The notes under the pieces were generated by a model. It had not been told where the DNA came from and searched no databases. It worked only from the letters and a program-made list of their open reading frames with translations. The position numbers were made by a program, and so were the translations under genes. A stretch of 59,894 nt of DNA from assembly GCA_011523185.1 (NCBI GenBank), contig WTHI01000122.1, positions 39,962 to 99,855 of the forward strand, read 5' to 3'. Of the stretch, positions 37,595 to 46,972 are shown piece after piece (position 1 is the stretch's first letter; each line of letters begins with the position of its first letter). Source of the DNA: Methanobacteriota archaeon (GTDB lineage Archaea > Thermoplasmatota > Poseidoniia > Poseidoniales > Thalassarchaeaceae).

Positions 37595-38038
37595 TCAATA
37601 GTACAATTCTCTGATAGCCATTTCATTCCATGGAGTTTCGGCATCTGAACCGCCACAACCTGCGCAGGCAGGGTAGCCTGCTGATGCCAAAGCAATAACT
37701 TCCTCAATCAAAATATCAAATCCTCTTTGCAAATCCAATGGCACCCATACTTCGGAATATGCAGGAGCTTCTATGCCTATTATGCCTCCAGATTCCCCAA
37801 TATTAGTAACGGTGATATTGTTTAATTCATGGGTCTTAAATTCAATACCAAAATACAAACTAGGTGATAAATCAGAGATTCTTATTCCTAAGCTTTCATC
37901 TCTTTCAATATGACTAGGTAGAGAGAATATTACTCCTCTTGATCTAAGGATTCTTCGTGCAAGTTCCCGTACTGAGCGAGTACACAAATCTGCATCCATG
38001 CAACCCGTACCACCCACAAGACTTGAAGGATGCCTCAT
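37595..38038 (-). CDS. hypothetical protein
   Basis: The ORF has a C-terminal GYPACAGCGG motif and no family is recognised. The start was trimmed to an internal ATG, because the longest ORF would overlap the divergent pyrD start. ATG at 37999 is also possible. Confidence 0.35.
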   Translation of the reverse strand: MRHPSSLVGGTGCMDADLCTRSVRELARRILRSRGVIFSLPSHIERDESLGIRISDLSPSLYFGIEFKTHELNNITVTNIGESGGIIGIEAPAYSEVWVPLDLQRGFDILIEEVIALASAGYPACAGCGGSDAETPWNEMAIRELYY

Positions 38039-38052
38039 CAGCCGGCTGTAGG

Positions 38053-39156
38053 ATGGGTCTACCATATCGCTTTCTGGTCCGCCCTTCTCTACGCTTTATT
38101 GATTCTGAAAAAGCTCATAATCTGAGTGTAAATACACTTACCAAATTTGCAGAAAATCGACCCGCGCAAAAAATACTCGGATCAATCTATGGCACACCAA
38201 ATCTTCCTATCACAGTTTTCGGGAAATTGTTTAGACACCCTTTAGGGTTAGCAGCTGGTTTTGATAAATCGGCCCAAGCAATAGGTGCGTGGCCGTCTCT
38301 CGGTTTTTCTTGGGTCGAATATGGGGGCGTAACTCGCTATCCTCAAGATGGTAATCCAAAACCTAGAATGTTCAGATCCAATCGAGAAAATGCTTTGATT
38401 AATCGAATGGGATTCAATAATCCAGGGGCACAACAGATTCGAGATACTCTCACGAAAAGGCAAATCTCTGGAAAATGGCCAAATGTTCCTATCGCGGCAA
38501 ATATTGGGCGCTCAAAGACAGTTAACAATGAGAGAGCCCCAGATGATTATGCTGAAACATTTGGATTGTTATATGATCATGCAGACATATTTGTGCTCAA
38601 TGTATCTTCACCAAATACTCCTGGTTTACGAGAATTACAGGAAGATGATCATATCCGTGATGTAGTAAAAGCTTGCACATCACTTCGAGCAAAAAGAGGA
38701 GGCTCTAAACCAATACTGCTGAAATTTTCTCCGGATTTACCTAGAGAAGATCTCCTATCCTGCGCTGGCGCAGCACTTTCTGCTGACATAGATGGATTTA
38801 TTGCTACGAATACAACAATAAGTAGGCCCGCTCCAAATAACACTAATTCAAGGAAATTTTTTGCGGAACAAGGTGGACTTTCGGGCAAACCACTTCATGA
38901 TAAATCTATACAGATGATTGGAGAGTTGTATGACAGCATTGGAGGTAAAGTTCCAATCGTTGGTTGCGGAGGAATAGATTCTGGAAATTCTGCTTGGAAC
39001 GCGATTACTAATGGTTCATCTTTACTACAACTGTATTCTGCAATGGTATTCCAAGGCCCCTCTGTTGTAAAGAGTGTCACTAAAGGATTGAAAGCCAAAA
39101 TGGAAAATCAAGGATTTGCTGATTTACAGGAAGCGGTTGGATATACTAGACCATAG
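38053..39156 (+). CDS. pyrD: dihydroorotate dehydrogenase (quinone), class 2
   Basis: GLAAGFDK, NRMGFNNPGA, NVSSPNTPGLR, GLSGKPL and GCGGI are present, together with the class-2 N-terminal extension. The start is at an internal ATG (MGLPYRF). Confidence 0.9.
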   Translation: MGLPYRFLVRPSLRFIDSEKAHNLSVNTLTKFAENRPAQKILGSIYGTPNLPITVFGKLFRHPLGLAAGFDKSAQAIGAWPSLGFSWVEYGGVTRYPQDGNPKPRMFRSNRENALINRMGFNNPGAQQIRDTLTKRQISGKWPNVPIAANIGRSKTVNNERAPDDYAETFGLLYDHADIFVLNVSSPNTPGLRELQEDDHIRDVVKACTSLRAKRGGSKPILLKFSPDLPREDLLSCAGAALSADIDGFIATNTTISRPAPNNTNSRKFFAEQGGLSGKPLHDKSIQMIGELYDSIGGKVPIVGCGGIDSGNSAWNAITNGSSLLQLYSAMVFQGPSVVKSVTKGLKAKMENQGFADLQEAVGYTRP

Positions 39157-39210
39157 GTTCCACTGTCACGTGAGAGTAAGGCTATTCAATACCCTGCTGG
39201 ACGAATTATT

Positions 39211-39594
39211 GTGAACACAACCCGCAGGTCTCGACTGATGTTTGTCGGAGCAATTATGCTTGGACTGATTGGATTGATGTTTTTGTCTGTTGACCCACAA
39301 GTTCAGTACACGGTTGACGAAGTTATGGATTCTCCAGAAGAATTTAGTTCGGATGAAGTAAATATTCGCGGGATTGTAAAAAATCAATCTATTGACAATT
39401 CTTCCTCTACTTTCATTTTACAAGGTTCTGCCTCCCAAATTCAAGTATCCTTTGCGATGATTGCGGTACCAGATGGATTCGAAGAAGGTCGCATGATAGC
39501 GGTTAATGGGAATTTAATCCAAGAGGGAGACAATTGGAAAATAGACGCTAAAGAAATCCAAACTGGTTGCCCTTCTAAATATGAAACTGAATGA
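39211..39594 (+). CDS. ccmE: cytochrome c maturation heme chaperone CcmE, archaeal CxxxY variant
   Basis: An N-terminal anchor (RRSRLMFVGAIMLGLIGLMFL) and an OB-fold region align by eye with E. coli CcmE. The C-terminal motif is GCPSKYE, where E. coli has HDENY. The start codon is GTG. Confidence 0.75.
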   Translation: MNTTRRSRLMFVGAIMLGLIGLMFLSVDPQVQYTVDEVMDSPEEFSSDEVNIRGIVKNQSIDNSSSTFILQGSASQIQVSFAMIAVPDGFEEGRMIAVNGNLIQEGDNWKIDAKEIQTGCPSKYETE

Positions 39595-39667
39595 TTTTTG
39601 ACAATATTCCAAGTTATATCCTTGATTTGAGTGATAGTTTCGTTCATAGGTGAGCGCTACTCGCATT

Positions 39668-39985
39668 GATTGGGCTAGGGGGAGCGTTGACGTGTTCTAT
39701 CATCCACAAATCGTCGAAAATGGTGGCCTGAAGTCCGAGGGCGGCAAAGACGAGCCGACGATGACCCTGCGGTTGACGTCGATGCCTCGCCCCCAAGAGA
39801 TCCAGGTTGGCGGAGAACACTTCCGAAGGGAAGTGTCGACCGTCTCACGCTCGGGAATCAGGTCAGGCGCGGAAGCGAGCAGCCCGACCGAGGATGCTGG
39901 ATGCCTTGGGATAGCGGGGCGGAGGAGATCGTGGAACTTTCATTGTTGGTGACGATTGTCCACCGAGGACGTGCCCACTCTGGGT
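39668..39985 (+). ncRNA. signal recognition particle RNA (archaeal 7S RNA)
   Basis: The region is a GC-rich island in AT-rich surroundings. The 5' end reads GGGCTAGG and the 3' end reads CCCACTCTGG. The helix-8 signature is TCAGGTCAGGCGC-GGAA-GCGAGCAGCC. A helix-6-like hairpin is CACTTCC-GAAG-GGAAGTG. An Alu-domain-like GGCCTGAAGTCCGAGGGCGG is also present. The ends are approximate (about +/- 25 nt). Confidence 0.85.
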
Positions 39986-39990
39986 ATATA

Positions 39991-40845
39991 TTATCCTAGC
40001 AATTTGTCTACGAGTTCTTCTGTAATTCCAAAGAAGTTATTTTCAGAACACCGAATTAGTAATTCTTTCCAACCATCATGGTCGTTTAGTGCAATATCTA
40101 ACAACTCCCTTCCTCTCTCCAAATCTCCCTTATTGGCGAGGTTGATGGCGGTCCAAAAGGCGATTTCAGGAAATTCTTCTGCTTCTGATTGTCCAAGCTC
40201 AAATTCATACCCATTATTGGTGAATTCTGAATAAATTGAACTTACTTTCAATAATCTACCTAACTCTTCGAGGGGATTAGGATGGTCATCCACATTAACA
40301 TCAACAATTACCCCTTCCCATTCCTTCTCTGTTGTATGAGAGTCAACAACTAGAATTCTTCCAGATTGCATTCCACGTATATCGCCACCTGCATTTTGAC
40401 CAGCGAACATTGCTGAAAGGAGTCTTTCAGATAACAGACCGTCTGAATTTTCAAATGCATCAGACATTGCTTGGGGTACTGATTCGTTCCACATGAGATT
40501 TGCTTGGCAGGAGAATCCTTCTCCGATAACATGGCCAGCCGCAGGGATAGTCAGCGAGCCTGTATGTGCGGCTACTTCACCATTAGAATCCAACATGGCC
40601 ACTTGGCGAATCTCTGGTTCAGGGTCTTCCCCAAGCCTCTCTACTAGAGCGTCGGATGCCGATACCCCCCCTTCCATTAATCTCAGACCCAATGGACCAT
40701 GATCAATTAGCGCCATTGCTTGGGTTACCACTACCCCAACCCCGGCCTTCGCCCAGCACGCATTACCAGCACCATAGAAGTGAGATTGTATGCCAACACC
40801 ATATTGACCTGTTTCTGGGCATTTTGCAATTATTGAATAGGTCAT
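39991..40845 (-). CDS. DUF1028-family Ntn-hydrolase-like protein
   Basis: The N-terminus MTYSIIAKCPETGQYGVGIQSHFYGAGNACWAKAGVGVVVTQA closely follows the DUF1028 pattern (TFSIvA.dpetG..GvAvqS...avG....wa.aGvGavaTQa). Confidence 0.75.
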   Translation of the reverse strand: MTYSIIAKCPETGQYGVGIQSHFYGAGNACWAKAGVGVVVTQAMALIDHGPLGLRLMEGGVSASDALVERLGEDPEPEIRQVAMLDSNGEVAAHTGSLTIPAAGHVIGEGFSCQANLMWNESVPQAMSDAFENSDGLLSERLLSAMFAGQNAGGDIRGMQSGRILVVDSHTTEKEWEGVIVDVNVDDHPNPLEELGRLLKVSSIYSEFTNNGYEFELGQSEAEEFPEIAFWTAINLANKGDLERGRELLDIALNDHDGWKELLIRCSENNFFGITEELVDKLLG

Positions 40846-40855
40846 AAATTTCCCT

Positions 40856-41329
40856 CTAAAGAGATTCAGAATCGACTCCGCCCATTTTACAAACTATAGC
40901 GAAATGTTCCTTTGAAACCGGTTGCACCGACAAACGTTGTCCACGTTGTAACAAAGGCATACCCTCTAGACTAGGATTAGCTTTGAGTTCGGGTAGTCCT
41001 ACTGCATCAATTGCCTTTATTGCCTCAATATCGACCATTATCCATCTGGGGTTTTCTGGTGAGGCTTTTTCATCAAAATACTTTGAATTAGGGTCTTGTG
41101 CAGTAAAGTCGGGATATCCTTCTTTACACACCTTTGCCACTCCAGCGACATGTGGAGGTTTGCAATTTGAATGATAAAACAAAACCCAATCTCCGATTTT
41201 CATATCATCTCTCATGATATTGCGAGCCTGATAGTTTCTGACTCCATCCCAGTGGGTGGATTTATCTTCGACCAATTGCGACCAGGGGTAGACGTCTGGT
41301 TCGCTTTTCATTAACCAATAATTCACCAT
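40856..41329 (-). CDS. EVE (PUA-like) domain protein
   Basis: YWLMKSEPDVY...W.GVRNYQARNIMRD.MKIGD.VLFYHSN matches the EVE / thymocyte-nuclear-protein-1 pattern. The start was trimmed to the second ATG. Confidence 0.75.
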   Translation of the reverse strand: MVNYWLMKSEPDVYPWSQLVEDKSTHWDGVRNYQARNIMRDDMKIGDWVLFYHSNCKPPHVAGVAKVCKEGYPDFTAQDPNSKYFDEKASPENPRWIMVDIEAIKAIDAVGLPELKANPSLEGMPLLQRGQRLSVQPVSKEHFAIVCKMGGVDSESL

Positions 41330-41333
41330 AATA

Positions 41334-44300
41334 TCACCATGCATCTTGACTATCCATAACTAGGGTGGCGTCCATTATATCCCCTTGTTCTCTTGTCAGA
41401 GTTCTTCTAAGGCCTGCTGCCTTTGCCATTGTTCCGGATCCTCCAGTTAAGGAAATATTGGCTTTCACTAACAGGGAATAAATTGCAGGCAGGAGAATTA
41501 GTGCAGAAATTGCCGCAAGAATTAGGAGAATTATAATTACATCAATGAATGGAGCAATAGCTGGAATTGGAATATAATAAGCGCAAAACATACCTGCTAT
41601 CGTTACTGTTACAGCTTCGGTCAGGCTCATTCCTGTACTCGCACATGCAATACGAATAGCGTCTACAGAACCACCTAATTCTTTTACACGATTAGCAATA
41701 TGTATAGAGAAATCAACTCCAACTCCTACCAGAATTGAACCGATCATAACGGTAACCAGTGACAAACTTACACTACCCTGGTCCATTACTAGCCATTGCA
41801 TGAATACAGTAAATGCCACTGGGGTAGTAGTAAGAATTGCATACCGTATATCTCTGAAAACCAAACCAAGCGTGAAGACAGTAAACAGCAAAGCGAATAA
41901 TAATGACCCCCATTGTGAGTCTACAACTAAGTTATTGACTTCTATTGTGACAGATGCTACACCAATTAATCTTGTAGAAGTGACTCCTAATCCGGCTGTA
42001 TCTTGTTTAGCGTAATTATCTATTTGCGAAACCGCAACTTCAGTTTTCTTAACATCCATAAATGGCATATCAATATAGATTAGACTCTGACTATAATTTT
42101 CAGAAATGAATAAGTTTCTCATTTCTAGTGTAAGACTATTGTAGAATACATTTAGAAGAAAGCTTTGCGATTCTACACTGCCTGTTTGTTGCTGATCTAA
42201 AACCGCCAGGCTCCACCAAAATGAGCCATTGCCTGAAACCTCTCGGTCGAATATAATCGCGGATAATTCTTTGATTTGAGCGGGTACAAACTCGTTATCT
42301 TGTATTGGTTCATTAATGGGGTCGCCATCTAAATCGACACCAACAGCTATGGCTTTCATTAGGAAAACGATAGATACTGCTGTGGTTTGATTTACTTGAT
42401 TGCATTTTCCTTCCAGTTCCTCTATTCCAACCAATCTTGAATAAGGATCATTCCGCTTTAGGTCTGTGTTAAAAATTTCAGGTGAGGCAGACAAATCTGC
42501 ATCAATCAATAAAAATCCAGGTTGTCCGGCCTCAAATTCTGTAGAATATGTTTTCATTTTGTCTACAGCACCAACTCCTTCAGGGGCCATCTCGAGTAGA
42601 TCCACGTTTTCCTCAACATTTGGCCTGCTATATCCTGCAGAGATCAAAATCGCAACTAGAAATACACTGAGTGTTAATTTAGTCCAATTTATTGGTACGT
42701 TAACGGCAGAAACGAAGGCTTTGGGGGGTGGGTGCGAGGGTTTCTTTAGGTCCAACATCATTGTCAAGTTAGGCACCATCACCATTGTCATGATATAAAC
42801 CACAACAATACCCATTGCGAGTGAATAACCAACAGTTTGTATTGGTTTCATTGGAGTTAGTGCTAATGATATAAATCCGATAATTGTCGTAATTGCAGAT
42901 AGTAAAACAGCTCTCCCTGTCGATTCCAATGCTTCAGCCATTTTCTCTCTTGGCGTACCTTTTGATTCTGCATAACGATTAGTTATGTGAAGTCCATAAG
43001 AAACTCCCAACGCTAGTACAATTGGTCCTACAATAATCACAGTCATTGTTACTTCGTAATTCGTCCACCCGATTATTCCCATAGTGATGAAAACGGAACA
43101 AAGTGTTGGTAGGCCTGAAATAACTACCACCTTAAACCCTTGAACAAATCTTATCCTACCAGTCTGAAATAGGTCACAGTGGAATAGGAATAAACCTAGA
43201 GCCACGAAAACCACGCCTATTGGAAAAACATTCCAAAATAGGTTGAATGATTCCTCTGTGACTGCATTTGTTATTGGAACTGGTCCCGTAAGGGTCATGG
43301 ACAATCCCCTTTGATCCCAATCATTTGCTTCGCTTAGCCCGATAATTCCTAATTGAGTATCCTCAATAAATTCAGAAATCGTAATCTCCTCTCCATTATC
43401 GTCCTTTAGTTGGTCAGAAATGCCGATAATTATCACGGCTCGATTCCAGCCAAACCCTGATTTATTTCCAATTTGCACTTCATTTTCCCATGTTCCTACA
43501 TCTCTGACCAATTTATTCAAGGCATTAGGAGGCATCTCATCTAAGATTTGGTCCACCCTCGCTTGATCATCAGGTATAGCGTAATTTCCGAATAGATCCT
43601 GATTATCCTCTATAGATTGGTTGACAAAATCGGAAATCGTTGGATCATCCACTGCCTCGGACACTGCCGAAGCAAAAGATGTCGCTACCCTTCCGGCTGA
43701 GGAATTAACTTCTTTGATGACTGAAGATATTGAAAGTACATAGATTACATTGTCCTGTCCCTTGTCATTTTGATGTGGATTTAGTAGATTTTCCAATTTT
43801 TCTATTTCTTCTAGGGTTGAAACTTCTGTAATATTTCTTCCTGAACCAGGTACGGCTTCCCTAGTGCCATCATCATTTTCAACGTAGACAATTTCTGATT
43901 CTACGTAAATCACCATGACGTTGGTAGTCCATCCTTCAACACTCTCTACCTGGTTCAATAATGCTGAAACCTCGGACCCTTGAGGGAGATATACTTCCAA
44001 ATCCCCATTAACATTCATAGATGATTTTTCTTCAATAGGGCAAAATCCATCGGGATTTGCTAATGACTTTCTACAATCTACCAAACCCGATTCCCAAGAG
44101 AAGAAAGCAGTAACTATGAGGCAGAAAATGACTGTGACAACGGGAAATTTTGTTAAGAGGTCTGTAAAATTGAGATCTGAGGAAACTCTACGCAATTGGT
44201 TTTTCGACCTTCTTCCGTAACTCTCTACTGTATTTTTATCAACGTCTAACTTGGAGAACATTTCCCGGCCTTTTTCCGTCGCTTGTTTTGCGAAACGAGA

Positions 44301-44342
44301 TGCAATGTTACCTGGCTTTTCGTCTCCTGACAAGTCCCCCAA
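41334..44342 (-). CDS. RND-superfamily (MMPL/HAE3-like) membrane transporter
   Basis: The ~1000-aa product has two blocks of about 5-6 TM helices, each preceded by a large extracytoplasmic domain. The start codon is TTG. Confidence 0.7.
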   Translation of the reverse strand: MGDLSGDEKPGNIASRFAKQATEKGREMFSKLDVDKNTVESYGRRSKNQLRRVSSDLNFTDLLTKFPVVTVIFCLIVTAFFSWESGLVDCRKSLANPDGFCPIEEKSSMNVNGDLEVYLPQGSEVSALLNQVESVEGWTTNVMVIYVESEIVYVENDDGTREAVPGSGRNITEVSTLEEIEKLENLLNPHQNDKGQDNVIYVLSISSVIKEVNSSAGRVATSFASAVSEAVDDPTISDFVNQSIEDNQDLFGNYAIPDDQARVDQILDEMPPNALNKLVRDVGTWENEVQIGNKSGFGWNRAVIIIGISDQLKDDNGEEITISEFIEDTQLGIIGLSEANDWDQRGLSMTLTGPVPITNAVTEESFNLFWNVFPIGVVFVALGLFLFHCDLFQTGRIRFVQGFKVVVISGLPTLCSVFITMGIIGWTNYEVTMTVIIVGPIVLALGVSYGLHITNRYAESKGTPREKMAEALESTGRAVLLSAITTIIGFISLALTPMKPIQTVGYSLAMGIVVVYIMTMVMVPNLTMMLDLKKPSHPPPKAFVSAVNVPINWTKLTLSVFLVAILISAGYSRPNVEENVDLLEMAPEGVGAVDKMKTYSTEFEAGQPGFLLIDADLSASPEIFNTDLKRNDPYSRLVGIEELEGKCNQVNQTTAVSIVFLMKAIAVGVDLDGDPINEPIQDNEFVPAQIKELSAIIFDREVSGNGSFWWSLAVLDQQQTGSVESQSFLLNVFYNSLTLEMRNLFISENYSQSLIYIDMPFMDVKKTEVAVSQIDNYAKQDTAGLGVTSTRLIGVASVTIEVNNLVVDSQWGSLLFALLFTVFTLGLVFRDIRYAILTTTPVAFTVFMQWLVMDQGSVSLSLVTVMIGSILVGVGVDFSIHIANRVKELGGSVDAIRIACASTGMSLTEAVTVTIAGMFCAYYIPIPAIAPFIDVIIILLILAAISALILLPAIYSLLVKANISLTGGSGTMAKAAGLRRTLTREQGDIMDATLVMDSQDAW

Positions 44343-44479
44343 CTCCTTAGTAGGTTCTCTCTCGTCACCGAAGGTGCTTGAACCCGACGGCTAGTAGTGG
44401 GTCGGAAAATATCGTTCTAGAAGTTAGTGAATGATTGGGAACCGTCAAGAATGATAGGTCATAGGGTAGACTGTAATTT

Positions 44480-46972
44480 GTGGTGGATGTGTCTATGGGG
44501 GCTCCCTTGATTGAGGATAAACGATGGTCTATTGACCTTGAGAAAAGGATTCAAGAGGAACACTATTCCAACTCCGAAATTTACAATCAAAGGTATGCAT
44601 TCAACCCTAAATCAGGGAAGGAGATATTCGTAGTAGATACACCACCGCCTTACCCTAGCGGTACATGGCATATTGGTGCGGTTGCTCAATATTCAATGAT
44701 CGATGTAATTGCTCGCAGTCAAAGACTGTTAGGAAAAGAGGTCTATTTCCCCTGGGGTGTCGATCGAAATGGAATCAACATCGAATTTACTGTAGAGAAA
44801 AATACTGGCAGAAAAATGAAGACTTTTGAAAGAGCAGAATTTTTGGATTTATGCCGGGATACAATAGAAGAATACACTCAAGCGATGAGGGAGACGGCAG
44901 CTAGAGTAGGGCTTTCTTGTGACTTCGACAAAGAATACCTTACAGATTCAGATGAATATAGGGGAGTATCCCAATCAATTTTTGTCGACCTATTCAAACG
45001 AGGTTACATTGTAGAAGATCTCCGTCCTAATATTTACGATCCGGTTGAAGGTACGACAATCGCTGATGCTGAGGTAGAAAGATTACGTAGGAAATCCAAG
45101 TTAATCGATATTAGATGGACAACTGAAGATGGTGTTGATGTAGTTATTTCGACTACTCGTCCAGAATTGATTTGTGCTTGTGGTGTAGTTGTAGTTCATC
45201 CTGATGACGATAGATATCAGCATTTGATTGGGAAGAAGATTGTCCTTCCAGTAGAAACGGAAGGGCGTGCAAAATCTGTTGAAATCACCACTCACCCTTC
45301 GGTCAAATCCGAGTTTGGATCTGGGGTCTTGATGGTTTGTTCCTTTGGCGACCAAAACGATGTTGCAGTATTCAGAGAACTTGGTTTAATGCCATTTCAA
45401 GCTATTGACCTTGAAGGCAATATGACCGAGGTTTCTGGGCCTTATGTTGGAATGAAAGTTGCAGAGGCAAGGGAGACGGTTATTGACGACCTTTCCTCGG
45501 CAAACAGGATAGTCAACATTATCGAAAAAGAACAGGATGTACCAGTTAGCGAGAGAGGAAAAAACCCTGTAGAAATTATTCTCCTCAAGGAATGGTATGT
45601 TCGACAGACACACATCCAAGACCGTATGCGTGAATTAATTGAAGATATGGAATTTCATCCAATAAGGAATAAACAATTTCTGCTGGATTGGATGGATAAT
45701 ATCAGCATCGATTGGCCAATCAGTCGTAGAAGGTGGTATCACACAGAAGTTCCGATATGGTATTCCGAAGACGGTGAGAAAATTATCACACCACCTGCTG
45801 GAGTTTATGTTCAGCCTTGGAGGGAAAATCCTCCATCAGGAAGTCGAGTATTAAACAGAGAAAGTAGAGAAGACCTAGGTAGTTGGGATGATCTTTCTTC
45901 CCAGTTAGGAGAAGTTATTGGTGAAGAGAAAGTATTCGACACTTGGATGGATTCTTCTAATTCTAACCTGTATGTTTCGGGTTATCTTTCTGACACAGAA
46001 TTATTCTCTAAGGCCTTCCCTACGGGCATAAGGCCTCAGGGTAAGGAAATAGTTCGAACATGGCTATATTACACTCTTTTGAAGAGTGCCTTGTTATTGG
46101 ATTCACCTGGATTCAAACATGTTTGGATCGACGGTTTGGGGATGGACCCTTGGGGTAGAAAGATGTCCAAATCACTCGGCAACGGTATCGATGCTAATTC
46201 AGTTCTAGAATGTGGTGCTGGTGGTAGAACGGGTTCTTGGAAAATCAGAGGGCCCGATAAAGTAGTAAACCTGAGAGCCAATAAGATCGGTTCAGAATGC
46301 TTCCGTTTATGGAAAGCCTGTGATGCCCAAGTTGGTGACGACTTCCAAATCAACCCAGAAGATATTGAACAGAAATACTTCGGTGTGTTAACCAAATTAT
46401 TCAATGTAGCAAGATTTTCTAGTCAATTCGATGTGCCCAGTGATTTAGAGAAAATACCAACTAATTTAGCGCCTGAGGACGAATGGATTCTTAGTGAATT
46501 CCACTCGGTCATGCGAAGAGTTGAGAAAGCGTGGCAAGAAATTGACATCTATACAGCGGCTCAATCTCTGAAAAATTTCTCCACCGGTGTGCTTGCTAGT
46601 CATTGGCTTGAGATGGTTAAATCCCGATTATACGATGGTGACAACGCAGCTGCCTGGACCTTACATAGAATGGTTAGAGACTTATTGGACGCTTTCTCTC
46701 CGATTTGTCCATTTTTCTCCCATTACCTTTCATCTACACTGTACGATAGGTCAGCAGTAGATGCAGATTCTTTCCCTACAATCTCCCTTAATTTTGAATT
46801 AGACGGCTGGACAGAAATTACTGAATCGGTTATGATTTTCAATTCAGAAGTTTGGAGGATGAAAAAGGAACAAGGACTCTCCCTAAATTCTGAAATTTCT
46901 GATATAAATGTCCCCGATAATTTACTCGCACTCAAAGTTCCTTTGACTAGGATGCATAAATTATCCGACTAA
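44480..46972 (+). CDS. valS: valyl-tRNA synthetase (archaeal type)
   Basis: DTPPPYPSGTWHIGA...IDVIARSQRLLGKEVYFPWGVDRNG, the editing-domain ISTTRPELI...VVVHPDDDRY and KMSKSLGNGI are present. The start is GTG (ATG at 44495 is also possible). Confidence 0.85.
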   Translation: MVDVSMGAPLIEDKRWSIDLEKRIQEEHYSNSEIYNQRYAFNPKSGKEIFVVDTPPPYPSGTWHIGAVAQYSMIDVIARSQRLLGKEVYFPWGVDRNGINIEFTVEKNTGRKMKTFERAEFLDLCRDTIEEYTQAMRETAARVGLSCDFDKEYLTDSDEYRGVSQSIFVDLFKRGYIVEDLRPNIYDPVEGTTIADAEVERLRRKSKLIDIRWTTEDGVDVVISTTRPELICACGVVVVHPDDDRYQHLIGKKIVLPVETEGRAKSVEITTHPSVKSEFGSGVLMVCSFGDQNDVAVFRELGLMPFQAIDLEGNMTEVSGPYVGMKVAEARETVIDDLSSANRIVNIIEKEQDVPVSERGKNPVEIILLKEWYVRQTHIQDRMRELIEDMEFHPIRNKQFLLDWMDNISIDWPISRRRWYHTEVPIWYSEDGEKIITPPAGVYVQPWRENPPSGSRVLNRESREDLGSWDDLSSQLGEVIGEEKVFDTWMDSSNSNLYVSGYLSDTELFSKAFPTGIRPQGKEIVRTWLYYTLLKSALLLDSPGFKHVWIDGLGMDPWGRKMSKSLGNGIDANSVLECGAGGRTGSWKIRGPDKVVNLRANKIGSECFRLWKACDAQVGDDFQINPEDIEQKYFGVLTKLFNVARFSSQFDVPSDLEKIPTNLAPEDEWILSEFHSVMRRVEKAWQEIDIYTAAQSLKNFSTGVLASHWLEMVKSRLYDGDNAAAWTLHRMVRDLLDAFSPICPFFSHYLSSTLYDRSAVDADSFPTISLNFELDGWTEITESVMIFNSEVWRMKKEQGLSLNSEISDINVPDNLLALKVPLTRMHKLSD

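Noticed and set aside
37408-37707. 99-aa minus-strand ORF spanning the topA upstream spacer
   Set aside because: Its Arg/His-rich stretch (RIRVRHRHARTRALHR) is just the translation of the alternating CG/CA tract. It also overlaps the 3' end of the neighbouring gene and the topA promoter region.
39650-39952. 100-aa ORF (GTG start) with an Arg/Gly/Ser-rich product
   Set aside because: It lies entirely within the SRP RNA gene. Its composition is a by-product of the GC-rich structured RNA.
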